From positions 128,001-192,000 of the forward strand of contig JBGTLG010000006.1 in the NCBI GenBank assembly GCA_041744215.1: 64,000 nucleotides of DNA. Direction: 5' to 3'. The notes below the pieces were generated by a model. The model ran no database searches and had not been told where the DNA came from. It saw nothing but the letters and a program-made list of their open reading frames with translations. The DNA is from Fimbriimonadales bacterium. Its GTDB lineage: Bacteria > Armatimonadota > Fimbriimonadia > Fimbriimonadales > ATM1. The position numbers and the translations under genes were made by a program. Below are positions 28,894 to 38,489 of this stretch, in pieces (the first letter of the stretch is position 1; each line of letters begins with the position of its first letter).

Positions 28894-30129
28894 CTAAGGC
28901 GAGTCAACCTGCTTTCTCCGATATCGCAAGAAGACTTCATGATCGATACGATGCGTTTCCAGGAGTTCGTAACTCTGAACTTCCGCCCTCGATAGCGGCT
29001 CGCCGTCCGCATAAGTAGGAGTGTTTTTGCCGAGCTTGATTTTTGGAGCGATGGTCAAGAACAGCTCGTCAATCAACTCTAATGTCAAGACCTGCGTGTT
29101 CAAGTCGCTGCCGCCTTCGACGAGCAGCCTTTGAACGCCAAACTCGGCGCGAATTTTTTCGAAAGCGACTTTCAGGTCGACGTCTGTCTCTCCAACGCGC
29201 AGCGTTCGAACGCCTTCCGGCACAACTGCGCTCACGGGACAAACGACGATTGCTTTTGAAGGATCGTCGTTGAAGAACTTGCTTTCATAAAGCAACTTGC
29301 CCGATCTGGTAACGACGAAGCGAAGCAAGTGCGGCGGGTATGTAATCTTCGCGGAACTGCGCTGAGAACCTGCGCCGATCATCACTGCATCGGCAGCGTG
29401 TTCGATGGTCCGCATGGTCGCGTGATCGACTTTGCTGCCCAAGTCTTGAACGTCTTCGCCACGTTCACCAGTTACGATCTTGCCGTCGATCGTCGTGACC
29501 ATGTTTATGAAAGTGTACGGACGCTCATCCGGCGCCCGATCAATCGGAAAGTCGAGAGCGTGATACACAACCGAAACCGAATCGACAGGGTCCTGTTGCT
29601 CGCGAAGCGCTTTCTCAATCGCGAGCCACGGCTGTTCTGCGAACACCTGTTCGCCGATCCAGAAGGTGGGCAAGTGCCAAATGCCAGTTTGGTGTGCGGG
29701 TTGATCGAAAGGAATGATCTGATCTGAGTATCGTCGCTCGTTGATCGCGGATTCCAATCCTCCTAAATCCTCGACAACGCCGCGAGCCAGTTCCATCAGA
29801 ACCTCTGTTTGCGAGATGTCCTTTCCAGCCCGCCAGTAAGCGTAGTAAATCCGCTCGACAAAACTGTCCACTTGTCCAAACTGTTTCGCATACTCGACAG
29901 CCTCGAGCGCGCCGTGTCCATCCACCCTCCCGGCGGCAGGCCGGACATACTCAAGCCCCTCCTCAGCGAACGCCAGCTGACTTGGCTTGTCGCGGCCGCC
30001 GGGATGCATCTCATACCCGACCCACTCGACATCGACCCCAAAACGTTCGCGCATCCGCCGCGCCTGAAACATCCCGACCCAGCACCAGGCGCAGGTGAAA
30101 TCGTGGGCAATCCGAACTCGAATTGGCAT
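28894..30129 (-). CDS. DsbA/FrnE-like thioredoxin domain fused to RibD C-terminal (pyrimidine reductase-like) domain
   Basis: HDFTCAWCWVG and G..HLPTF at the N-terminus; [28 protein letters not shown] and LIDELFLTIAPKI at the C-terminus. Confidence 0.85.
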   Translation of the reverse strand: MPIRVRIAHDFTCAWCWVGMFQARRMRERFGVDVEWVGYEMHPGGRDKPSQLAFAEEGLEYVRPAAGRVDGHGALEAVEYAKQFGQVDSFVERIYYAYWRAGKDISQTEVLMELARGVVEDLGGLESAINERRYSDQIIPFDQPAHQTGIWHLPTFWIGEQVFAEQPWLAIEKALREQQDPVDSVSVVYHALDFPIDRAPDERPYTFINMVTTIDGKIVTGERGEDVQDLGSKVDHATMRTIEHAADAVMIGAGSQRSSAKITYPPHLLRFVVTRSGKLLYESKFFNDDPSKAIVVCPVSAVVPEGVRTLRVGETDVDLKVAFEKIRAEFGVQRLLVEGGSDLNTQVLTLELIDELFLTIAPKIKLGKNTPTYADGEPLSRAEVQSYELLETHRIDHEVFLRYRRKQVDSP

Positions 30130-30215
30130 CTACCCCCGATTGTGGCCGACTCCGGCACGGTAAAATGAACACCGCGCGGCAACTACCGAACGCGCACCAG
30201 GAGGTATCCCCAATC

Positions 30216-30731
30216 ATGTTTAGGTACGCGTTCTTTTTCGCGCTGGTCCTCGGGCTCGGCGCGCTGCTTGGGTGTGGCAAAGCCGCCGGAACCGAAGACG
30301 CAACAGATGTTCCCGAAGTCACTCAGCCTGAAGGCGGCGAGAAGAAGCCAGACACGCCTGTCGCATCTTCAGGCAGTCACGTCGGATCGTGGACGTTGGT
30401 TCACAGCGACGAGCTGAAGAAGCAGTTTGCCGACCAGAAAGCATCTGGGCTCCTGCCAAAGGATGCTGCGCTTCCTGAAATGACTTTCACACTCAGCCCG
30501 GACGGGGTCGCTACGATGGGTGCGAAGTTCATGGGGGACGAGTTTGCTGCGAAAGGCACCTACACGGTGGATGGCGAGAAGATCACCATCAAGCAGTCCG
30601 AGGTGCTGAAGAACGGCAAGCCTGATCCGGAAGCGGAATTGGAAGACGTCGTGATCGTCTGGTCCGCCGACAAGACAATGCTCGAGTCGGAGGGCGCGGA
30701 CGAAATGAAGATGCAGTTCAAGAGAGCCTAA
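30216..30731 (+). CDS. Putative lipoprotein
   Basis: AGGAGGT SD; lipobox LLGC; lipocalin-like VGSW and GTYTVDG segments. Confidence 0.75.
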   Translation: MFRYAFFFALVLGLGALLGCGKAAGTEDATDVPEVTQPEGGEKKPDTPVASSGSHVGSWTLVHSDELKKQFADQKASGLLPKDAALPEMTFTLSPDGVATMGAKFMGDEFAAKGTYTVDGEKITIKQSEVLKNGKPDPEAELEDVVIVWSADKTMLESEGADEMKMQFKRA

Positions 30732-31435
30732 CTCAACGGCTTCGATTTGATCTGCGACCAACCCCGGGGGAACTCTCCCGGGGTTTTGCCTTTTTTCAGA
30801 AGGACGGGAAACAGACGTTCCGCACCAAGGGGACTGATGCGAACGGTCTTCAGTTCCGCTAACTGTAAGCCCAACTTCGCGGCAGGAAACTGCGTTATCT
30901 CGTCTCTTTCTTTTGGAGTTCGCATCGGAACAAATCTCCCGCCAACTTTCGCAAAGCCCGCGCTAATCTCGGTGTGAATGGGAAAGGGCGCTATCGCGCG
31001 ACCTGTCACTACGTCGAACGACTCTCGAAGCGCTCGGTCATGCGCCGCTATCTCCGCGCGCGCGCCAACAATCTGAAAGAGCACGGGCAACAACCCAGAG
31101 GGCGCGAATAGGCGCGACATGAAAGCCACTGCTTTGTTGGAAGAATCCAGACAAGTAACTCGAAGATCAGCGCGCGCGATCGCGAGGCATGCGCCGGGGA
31201 ATCCAGGTCCTGACCCGATGTCAATCACGCTCGAACCGTTTGGTATCAAAGGCGAAAGCGCGAGCGAATCAAGAAAGTGACGAGACCAGCACTCGCTCTG
31301 CGGAACGCGTGTTAGGTTCATAACTGCGTTGGCTTCGTAGAGATGTCGCTCGAAAACAGCGAACGCTTCCAATTGCGTTCGAGTGAGAGCTAATCCGAAT
31401 GCTTGCGCGTGTTCTGCGAGCGCGACACCGTCCAT
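30728..31435 (-). CDS. rsmG: 16S rRNA m7G527 methyltransferase
   Basis: N..MNLT, HFLDSL, DIGSGPGFPG, RAE, RESFDVVT.RA. Confidence 0.93.
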   Translation of the reverse strand: MDGVALAEHAQAFGLALTRTQLEAFAVFERHLYEANAVMNLTRVPQSECWSRHFLDSLALSPLIPNGSSVIDIGSGPGFPGACLAIARADLRVTCLDSSNKAVAFMSRLFAPSGLLPVLFQIVGARAEIAAHDRALRESFDVVTGRAIAPFPIHTEISAGFAKVGGRFVPMRTPKERDEITQFPAAKLGLQLAELKTVRISPLGAERLFPVLLKKGKTPGEFPRGWSQIKSKPLS

Positions 31436-32040
31436 TACGTATTTTCGCTCTGCGGGTTGATGCGATTCATCGCGATGTCGATCCCATTCGACACGATTAG
31501 TTCGCATGCTTCCGCAGCACGCGCAATCGCGTCTCGGATCAGAGGGACTTCGTCCGGATGGAATCGCGACAGAACGTGATCTGTGCCAGCAACGAGAGGG
31601 CTGCCAATTCCAATTCGAACGCGAGGAAACTCCTCCGACCCGACTGACGAGAGGATGCTCTTCATGCCGTTGTGGCTTCCTCCGCCACCCTTCGGCTTGA
31701 TCCGAACGCGCCCTAGTTCTAAGTCCATGTCGTCGTAGATGACGACGATTCGTTCGACCGGCACGTTGAAGTGTCGCATCAAAGTTTTGGTAGATTCTCC
31801 ACTTAGGTTCATGTATGTCATGGGGCGGATCAACGCCACAGGCACTTCACCCATGCTGCCGATCCCATAGTGTGCTCGGAACCGCCTTTGGTCGAGTTTT
31901 ATCTTGTGGTTTGCCGCAAGTTCCCGAATCACCTCGAAGCCGACGTTATGCCGAGTGCCGTCGTATTCACCGCCTGGATTTCCCAATCCGACAAGCAGCC
32001 ACTCGGGATCAATCTGGACCTTCGGCTTCCTCCTAAACAC
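31435..32040 (-). CDS. pth: Peptidyl-tRNA hydrolase
   Basis: VGLGNPG..Y..TRHNVGF, TYMNLSG, DDMDL, GSHNGMKS, RVRIGIG. Confidence 0.97.
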   Translation of the reverse strand: MFRRKPKVQIDPEWLLVGLGNPGGEYDGTRHNVGFEVIRELAANHKIKLDQRRFRAHYGIGSMGEVPVALIRPMTYMNLSGESTKTLMRHFNVPVERIVVIYDDMDLELGRVRIKPKGGGGSHNGMKSILSSVGSEEFPRVRIGIGSPLVAGTDHVLSRFHPDEVPLIRDAIARAAEACELIVSNGIDIAMNRINPQSENT

Positions 32041-32058
32041 TCGCCGATTATGGCGCGG

Positions 32059-32643
32059 CTATGGATCAGGCGAGTAGTGTTCGACGCTCATCCTACCGGG
32101 CCATTTGACGACGCTTCCATTGTAGAGAAGAAGATGCGCTGGATAGCGAGCAGTTCTTATCTGATCGCCGCCCTCGATCTGCCCGTAGCGGCTCGCCCAC
32201 TGCCAGTGGCATTCGCTGATCGGAGTCAGTTCAAGCCATTTCCCGCCGCCAACATCTGGCCACGGTTGCCACCAGCCCCACTCAAGTGCCTTTTCCCAGT
32301 TTGGCGTCCACGTGTAGCTGACACCCGAAGGAAGAAACGCGCTACCCTCGAGGCGGCCCGTGTCTTCATATTGCCCCTTTCCTCTGTCTAGCGGACAAAG
32401 GAAGATCCGAGCGTCTCCTGTGAAGGCCGGGTGGATTCTCGACCAGCGGTCTGGCATCCGGTCGTCATATCGCTCTACATACAGCTGGAAGGCAAGCCCA
32501 AGCTGCCGCATATTGCTAAGACAAACGGTGTCTTTGCCCTTCCGCTTTGCGCTCCCCAAAACGGGGACCAGAATAGCAGTAAGGATCGCGATGATCGCGA
32601 TCGAAATCAAGAGTTCGGCGAGCGTAAATCCCCTGCGGCTCAT
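32059..32643 (-). CDS. Prepilin-type N-terminal cleavage/methylation domain protein
   Basis: RRGFTLAELLISIAIIAIL, CLSNMRQLGLA...Y, C-terminal L.YNGSV variant of the FxDGH motif. Confidence 0.85.
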   Translation of the reverse strand: MSRRGFTLAELLISIAIIAILTAILVPVLGSAKRKGKDTVCLSNMRQLGLAFQLYVERYDDRMPDRWSRIHPAFTGDARIFLCPLDRGKGQYEDTGRLEGSAFLPSGVSYTWTPNWEKALEWGWWQPWPDVGGGKWLELTPISECHWQWASRYGQIEGGDQIRTARYPAHLLLYNGSVVKWPGRMSVEHYSPDP

Positions 32644-32681
32644 GCCACCTCTATGACGGCTCGGATGGATCGACCGTTACG

Positions 32682-33905
32682 TTAGCCCACCTTCAGGCGA
32701 AGCGTTCTCGCAGCGCTCTCGGCCTCGAATTGAACCTGCTCAAGCGTTACCGCGCGAATCTCCTCGACAAATTTGGTATCCCTGGAATGCCCGCCCCGAA
32801 GCTCCCACCACGCGAGCCAAAAGGCGGAATCCCACTCCGCGACGTGGCCTTGCCCGAATGGGACTATCCCCTCTGGCCCGCCGAGGCTGACTTCATACTG
32901 GCCAGCCAAGAGCGCTTTGGCTCGGTTGACTGACGCCTGGTCGAGAGTTTCAGTCGCAGCCCTTAACAAGCGGTTGAGTTCATCGCGCCGCTCGGCAGGG
33001 TCAGGTCCCTTCAGATACGTAAAGTAGAAAATCGCGTGGGATTCGGTTTTCCTCAGAGTAAGCGCACATCCAGTCTGATATGCCCACCCCTGTTGGTTCC
33101 GAATGGTCGAATGCAGCACGCTGCCAGCCCCCCATCCGATCGAAGTGCAGTAGACGAGCCAGGCAGCGAACCGGTCCGATTCGACGTTCGGCCCCCTAAC
33201 CGCCGCCATTATCGAAGCATGCGGTCGGGCTTGTTCGGCCTGGTGGCGGCCTCGAGGGACTCGGAAGCCTGGTGCGGGCACGGGCTCCCAGAGCCCGAAT
33301 GAAGCCGATAATCGGCTTACCACGGCTTCGGTCGGCATTGCCCCCACGACTGCGAGAGACATCCGTTCCGGCCTCACTACTTCCTGCCATAGCGCGCTCG
33401 CGACGGCTGGCGTGAGCCCAACTGGACCGCGCGGTCCAATTCCGAGTTCCCCGCGAAACTCGCGCACGCCTGGGTACCAGGGCATTGTTGCTCGTGAATC
33501 TTGGTCACGAGCGACATCAGCAGACGCTTTCTCGAGGGACGCATATCCAAACGAAACTCGCTGCGTCACCTCTGAGAGCAGCGTAGCCGCCAGAGAGAAG
33601 TGGCTCGGGGCCGTCGTGACCTCGAATCGGACGGTGTCGTTCGCAAGCTCAACTTCCACCCGCCCCCCAACGAGCCACGAGAGATATCGAAGGCGCTGGG
33701 TCGAGAACGTCTGTGTCTCTCGCATCACCGCTCGACAGGCAACCTCGAGCGCTGCGAGACGGTCGGCGGGTTGATCGTCGCACCGCGCGAGGGCGACCAA
33801 GGTAACGAGGCTTGAGTCCTCTCGAAAGTCCACGATCAGCGGGATTCCGTTCGCAAGCCGTATGAGTTCGGGGCTAACGGCAAGCGCTGCTAAGAGGCCC
33901 GTCAC
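32682..33905 (-). CDS. M16 peptidase family, non-catalytic subunit
   Basis: M16-like fold signatures (PERMSLAVVG, S.LHSTIR..QG.AY) without HXXEH; GTGA overlap with the upstream gene. Confidence 0.75.
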   Translation of the reverse strand: MTGLLAALAVSPELIRLANGIPLIVDFREDSSLVTLVALARCDDQPADRLAALEVACRAVMRETQTFSTQRLRYLSWLVGGRVEVELANDTVRFEVTTAPSHFSLAATLLSEVTQRVSFGYASLEKASADVARDQDSRATMPWYPGVREFRGELGIGPRGPVGLTPAVASALWQEVVRPERMSLAVVGAMPTEAVVSRLSASFGLWEPVPAPGFRVPRGRHQAEQARPHASIMAAVRGPNVESDRFAAWLVYCTSIGWGAGSVLHSTIRNQQGWAYQTGCALTLRKTESHAIFYFTYLKGPDPAERRDELNRLLRAATETLDQASVNRAKALLAGQYEVSLGGPEGIVPFGQGHVAEWDSAFWLAWWELRGGHSRDTKFVEEIRAVTLEQVQFEAESAARTLRLKVG

Positions 33906-35113
33906 GGCTTTCTCCAGACCGCCACGATCGCATTCGTAGGGTCAAGTCGCTTTAGAGCGCCCACGACTTCGCAGTAAGTCACTTTCTCAAGATGAGCAAG
34001 TTCTTGCGAGGCGAACTGCACTTCTCGCATCAGGGCTCCGACGCCGAGTTGGAAGCCGTGACTGGCCGGGCTTCGAGCTCTGGCTAAGAGTTGCGCTCGC
34101 AGCACAGCTCGGGCATTGCTCAAGACAAGCTCTTCGAGAGCATCGGGTGCAGACCGAACGGTCTGCAGCACCAACCTCTCGAGATCGAGATGATCTTCTG
34201 GGCCCGAAACGACGATCGTCAGGAGCGAGCCGGCTTCCGACGGGCCGAAGAAAACCCTGGCGTTCAAGCCTTGATTCGCAAGGAGACCGTGCTTGCCGGC
34301 AAGTACTTCCGCGGCCAGCAGGGTTGCGCTGTAGTCGTCAGCGCGGATTCCACCGGCGCTGAACCCGATCCCAATTCTCGCGCCTCCAACTGGCGCATCA
34401 GCTGTGATCCGAGTGGCTTCAGGTCGGGGGAGCGGTGGAAGAACCATGCGGTTCCCTTGGGGAAGCTTGCCGAGCGGAACACATTCGGCGTGGACTCTCT
34501 CCGGGCTAACGTTGCCAGTGACCACGAGCACCATGTTCGTTCCCGTATAGTGCTGCTGGCGGATTTGCTCGAGAGAATCAGCGGACAGACCTTGGACACC
34601 TCTGGCGCCGCCGGAGGTGCGATGCCCCCATCCCGAACCAGGAAATGCGGCAGCCCATACAGCTCTGTCTGCGGAGGTGTCTGGGTCCAGGTCCTGGAGC
34701 GCGATCTCCTCCAAGACGACTCGCTTCTCCCGGTCGAACTGCGCGTCGGGGACGCCGGTCCGCAAGGCTAAAGAGACCAGGCTCCGGAGGCCCTTCTCCC
34801 AACCGGCTGCAGGCCCCGAGACGACGTACCTCGTGAACTCTCTAAACGTGGTCGCGTTCATCCACGAGCCACTACTCTCGGCTTCATGACTGTACGTTCC
34901 TGGGCCGGTGAGGAACGCGAGGTGCTCGATGAGGTGAAAAGCGCCTTCTGTTTGGGGGGTCTCATAGGCGGACCCTCCGCGCACGAACAGTTGCGCTGCG
35001 TACGCTCTCGCTTCAGGCATCGGCTGCACCATCACGATCATGCCGTTGCCGAGGACTTTGATGTCTGGCGCAGGCATCGAGGCAACCAGGCAGACGGCAA
35101 CCGCCGAGATCAA
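33902..35113 (-). CDS. M16 (insulinase) zinc peptidase
   Basis: G..HLIEH, NATT..E.T.Y, EKRVVLEE, HY...NMVLVVTG; TTG start overlaps the USP stop (TTGA). Confidence 0.85.
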   Translation of the reverse strand: MISAVAVCLVASMPAPDIKVLGNGMIVMVQPMPEARAYAAQLFVRGGSAYETPQTEGAFHLIEHLAFLTGPGTYSHEAESSGSWMNATTFREFTRYVVSGPAAGWEKGLRSLVSLALRTGVPDAQFDREKRVVLEEIALQDLDPDTSADRAVWAAAFPGSGWGHRTSGGARGVQGLSADSLEQIRQQHYTGTNMVLVVTGNVSPERVHAECVPLGKLPQGNRMVLPPLPRPEATRITADAPVGGARIGIGFSAGGIRADDYSATLLAAEVLAGKHGLLANQGLNARVFFGPSEAGSLLTIVVSGPEDHLDLERLVLQTVRSAPDALEELVLSNARAVLRAQLLARARSPASHGFQLGVGALMREVQFASQELAHLEKVTYCEVVGALKRLDPTNAIVAVWRKP

Positions 35114-36027
35114 GGCCGAACCACCATCACGCTGCAAGGCGCGCGGTCGACGAGGAATTCGGAAACGCTACCAAGGAGTAACCGACTAATCATTGAGTGA
35201 CTCTTCGCGCCGACGATGAGAAGATCTGCTTCCGAGGTCGTCGCGTGGCTCAAGAGTGCCTTCCGAGGGTCGCCTTCCAAGACACGCAAGGAAACTTGAT
35301 CGGCGATCAGGGCGAGGTCTTTCTGGGCGACCTTGAGCCGCGTCTCGTACCAGTTGATGACTTGCTGACGTTCATCCAATTCCTCGCTGGCGACATCCTC
35401 AACTTCGGTTTTATGCGCTTCGACTGCACGGAGGGCTTGCAGATCGGTCGCAACAGTCACCACTTCCAATTCCGAAAACTTTCCTCGGACGAGGTGGGTT
35501 AGGTGCTTTCTTGCCTTGGCAGAGAGCTCCCCAAGGTCCGTCGCATAAAACGCCCGCAGGCCCGCTGGGAGGACGAATGGCTTAGATCGCACCATTAGGA
35601 TGCTTGACTTCGCCCCGTGCACAAGCGATCTGCCAACGCTTCCGACCAAGAACTCGTCGAGACCGGAATGGCCGATCGCGCCAAACACAACGAGGTCAGC
35701 ATTCCTTGACTCGCTGAGCTCCGCCAGTTTGGACGCGGGATCGCCTTCGAGCACGACCGTTTCTGTGTCGAACCCTACTGAGGAGAGGGTGGATGCCGCC
35801 TCCGCCGCAGCGATTTCCGCGCGGCTCTGCGCATCTTGGATCGCCACGGCCATTCGCTCACCAAAAACGCCGCTCAAGAGCGGGTTGGCTGTGGCCGTAA
35901 CTGCCGAGATGGGCGAGAAGACGCTACAACAAATGACCTTCGCGCCCGCATACGCGGGGTAGCGCGCAAGGAACTCGGTTGCGAAGCGGGCGTTCTCGGA
36001 ACCATCCGTTGCGAGGATGAGAACCAT
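35110..36027 (-). CDS. Universal stress protein (tandem USP domains)
   Basis: ILATDGS, EGDP, DLVVFG..G......VGSV, and a second GDP...LLGSVSE...APCSVMVVR. Confidence 0.92.
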   Translation of the reverse strand: MVLILATDGSENARFATEFLARYPAYAGAKVICCSVFSPISAVTATANPLLSGVFGERMAVAIQDAQSRAEIAAAEAASTLSSVGFDTETVVLEGDPASKLAELSESRNADLVVFGAIGHSGLDEFLVGSVGRSLVHGAKSSILMVRSKPFVLPAGLRAFYATDLGELSAKARKHLTHLVRGKFSELEVVTVATDLQALRAVEAHKTEVEDVASEELDERQQVINWYETRLKVAQKDLALIADQVSLRVLEGDPRKALLSHATTSEADLLIVGAKSHSMISRLLLGSVSEFLVDRAPCSVMVVRP

Positions 36028-36050
36028 ACTATCGAGAGTTTACGCGAAAC

Positions 36051-36710
36051 TTATCGAGAGGCGATGAAGTAATCGCCTTCCTCGCCAGCTGCGACCTGCG
36101 TCAGCATCACCTGCGCAAACTCTTCCAACGCCTTTAGATCCTTGTCGAAGTCTGGACCCGACGGGGCGAGCAAGAACCTGTAGAACTGGCCATCGACATT
36201 TTCACGGCCTGTGAGTTTCGCGAAAGTCAGGTCGACTGGCATAAGGATTGGTGAGCCTCGCATTGACAGAGGAGTTCGGTAGAAGTACATGGCGACGGCG
36301 CGTGCGCCGGGCTTCTCGAGGTTTAAGATTGTTGCCGGAATCTTTCCGCCCATTACTGGGATGTCGACAGTGCGCTCGTAGTTGTCTTTGAAAATCCACC
36401 CTTGCGCGCTGAAGCACACTTGTGGGTCATGGAATGATTTGCGGCTGTTGCCAGCGATGACAAGAAACTCGTATTGCCGTCCGTCGGGACCCTGAAACAG
36501 CCTGCCGACAATACCAAACGGTACGAGGATGTCGTAGGTTTGTTTGTCCATTTTCACCGTTTGAATGAAACGGTAGCCAGGAACTTCCTTCGGGATCTGT
36601 GCCTCCATCCACTCTTCGGTGCGATCCTTGTACACAACCTTCGGAACCATGAGTGCACCGATTCCGGCTATTACGAACAACGCGAGAACGATCTTAATTC
36701 GTGACTGCAT
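36051..36710 (-). CDS. Exosortase-associated EpsI family protein
   Basis: N-terminal TM, FHDPQVCF.AQGW motif, adjacent to exosortase. Confidence 0.8.
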   Translation of the reverse strand: MQSRIKIVLALFVIAGIGALMVPKVVYKDRTEEWMEAQIPKEVPGYRFIQTVKMDKQTYDILVPFGIVGRLFQGPDGRQYEFLVIAGNSRKSFHDPQVCFSAQGWIFKDNYERTVDIPVMGGKIPATILNLEKPGARAVAMYFYRTPLSMRGSPILMPVDLTFAKLTGRENVDGQFYRFLLAPSGPDFDKDLKALEEFAQVMLTQVAAGEEGDYFIASR

Positions 36711-37713
36711 CAACTTTTCTCCCTTCAAGGCCGCGGACTATGAAATGTAGGATGATGAAACATACGATGAGAGTGATGTAGCCGCTCCAATCATGGAACA
36801 CCATGCCAACATCATCTCCGTATCTGAGCAGGTATGAAACCCACGCGGCGTCTGGATTGTTGACTGCTCCTTCGCCGACGACGCCGATCAGCATAATGCG
36901 AAGGCCATTTATGAACAACGCAAGAGCAGGGTTGATGACAAGCAAGAGCAATAGGTTCTTCCAAAGCCCCAGATTGGAAATCATGATGAAGAACGTCGTG
37001 AACGCAGTGAGCGATAGAATCAGCTTAAAGCCGCTACATGGGCCACCAACGTTCAGGACATAGTTGTCGAGGTGAATCATCGTAGGATACGCGGGCGAAA
37101 TGTACGGTCCGTATCCAAAGACAGCGAGTATCGAATTCGCGACTTTTGTCGAAAGGAGCTGAAGCGGGTTAGTCGTGTTGTCAATCAACATTCCCAACAC
37201 CGGCATCATGAACACGAGGAACAGCAGTGGTCCCAATGAGAGTCGCCCAATTCGGGGACCGAACGCAAAGTAGACGCCTCCTATGAGCGCAAGTATAAAC
37301 CCGCCTGATGCCATCGACAGGTTGTCAATTCTTCGTGCTGCAATAACGATGAAAAGCCCAACCATCAAAACGAGCATTCCCATAATCGACATGCCTATGG
37401 GCTGCTTGCGAATCTGGTCGCGTCGCATGTATAAGATGGCGAGGGTCATGAAAGGCACGAGGACGCCGTGAGAGTAGTAGCCTTCGTCTTCGAACCACAC
37501 TCCCGGCAGTCCACTTAGGAACGACCAGCCGAGAATAAGCGCTGCGATGATCCCGCCCAGTATCCAGGGGACAGCCACTTTCGGCAGCTTCACCCCGATC
37601 AGAGGAATCTCAATGACTTCCTCGTCGGGCTGACCGCCTACCTCGGCCACCACGTCCGGGTGTGGCTCGTTTATGTCTTCTGGGGCATTTTCTGGCAGAT
37701 TCGTCTTGGCCAT
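36694..37713 (-). CDS. Exosortase/archaeosortase family protein
   Basis: YYSHG.LVP, PLQ, catalytic C (PCSG), R (NGLRI) and H (FHDW); multi-TM. Confidence 0.92.
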   Translation of the reverse strand: MAKTNLPENAPEDINEPHPDVVAEVGGQPDEEVIEIPLIGVKLPKVAVPWILGGIIAALILGWSFLSGLPGVWFEDEGYYSHGVLVPFMTLAILYMRRDQIRKQPIGMSIMGMLVLMVGLFIVIAARRIDNLSMASGGFILALIGGVYFAFGPRIGRLSLGPLLFLVFMMPVLGMLIDNTTNPLQLLSTKVANSILAVFGYGPYISPAYPTMIHLDNYVLNVGGPCSGFKLILSLTAFTTFFIMISNLGLWKNLLLLLVINPALALFINGLRIMLIGVVGEGAVNNPDAAWVSYLLRYGDDVGMVFHDWSGYITLIVCFIILHFIVRGLEGRKVDAVTN

Positions 37714-37787
37714 CCTCAACTCCGATACGTTCACTGGGCAGACTATGTCGCCTTGTGAAGGTGCAAATTATGTGCCGAAACCGCTCC

Positions 37788-38450
37788 TCAGTATGCGCCG
37801 TCGCCCCGCAGCACTGCCGTTGGCGTCTTCATCAGTATCTTCAAGTCGAGCCAGAAAGACATGTGTTCCACATAGAAAGAGTCGAGGGCCATCCACTCAT
37901 CGAAGGACGTATCGCTGCGCCCGCAGATCTGCCAGAGGCAGGTGATGCCCGGTGGGATGCTCAGCCGTTTGAAGGCGGCATCGTCGTACTGCTCGACCTC
38001 TCTTGGGAGCGGAGGGCGAGGTCCCACGAGGCTCATGTCTCCCCTCAGAACATTGAACAACTGGGGAAGTTCGTCGAGGCTGTACTTGCGCAAAAAACGT
38101 CCCACTCGCGTCACCCGCGGATCGTTCTTCATCTTGAAGATCGGCCCGTCTTTTTCGTTGCCATCCTTGAGAAGTTCGGCCAGTCGTTGGTCAGCGTCCC
38201 GGTACATTGACCTGAACTTGAGAAACTCGAATGTTACGCCATATCGTCCGACGCGCTTTTGCTTGTAGATGATGGGCCCTGGGCTACTGAGCTTGACGCT
38301 TAGCGCGATTGCCAGGAGGATGGGTGACAACAGGAGGATCAGCGTGAGGCTGCCGGTGAAGTCAAGGATCCGCTTCCAGAACGCGTAGTTCACCCTCACG
38401 CGCGGGATGCGCGCTGAGAACGTCGATTCGGGTTGATTTGTCGCGTTCAT
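37788..38450 (-). CDS. Priming sugar transferase (Bac_transf, WcaJ/CpsE C-terminal)
   Basis: KRILD, KFRSM, DPRVTRVG.FLRK.SLDELPQL.NVL.GDMSLVGPRP, PGIT.LWQ. Confidence 0.95.
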   Translation of the reverse strand: MNATNQPESTFSARIPRVRVNYAFWKRILDFTGSLTLILLLSPILLAIALSVKLSSPGPIIYKQKRVGRYGVTFEFLKFRSMYRDADQRLAELLKDGNEKDGPIFKMKNDPRVTRVGRFLRKYSLDELPQLFNVLRGDMSLVGPRPPLPREVEQYDDAAFKRLSIPPGITCLWQICGRSDTSFDEWMALDSFYVEHMSFWLDLKILMKTPTAVLRGDGAY

Positions 38451-38489
38451 AGTTGGTTAGGGAGCGCACTTTGCACTTCCTAACCCATA

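Noticed and set aside
28746-29012. Short ORFs 28746-29012 (-) and 28759-28995 (+)
   Set aside because: Their tripeptide periodicity (LIGLIGLI / MSPMSPM) comes from the 9-bp DNA repeat of the dispersed element; no other coding evidence.
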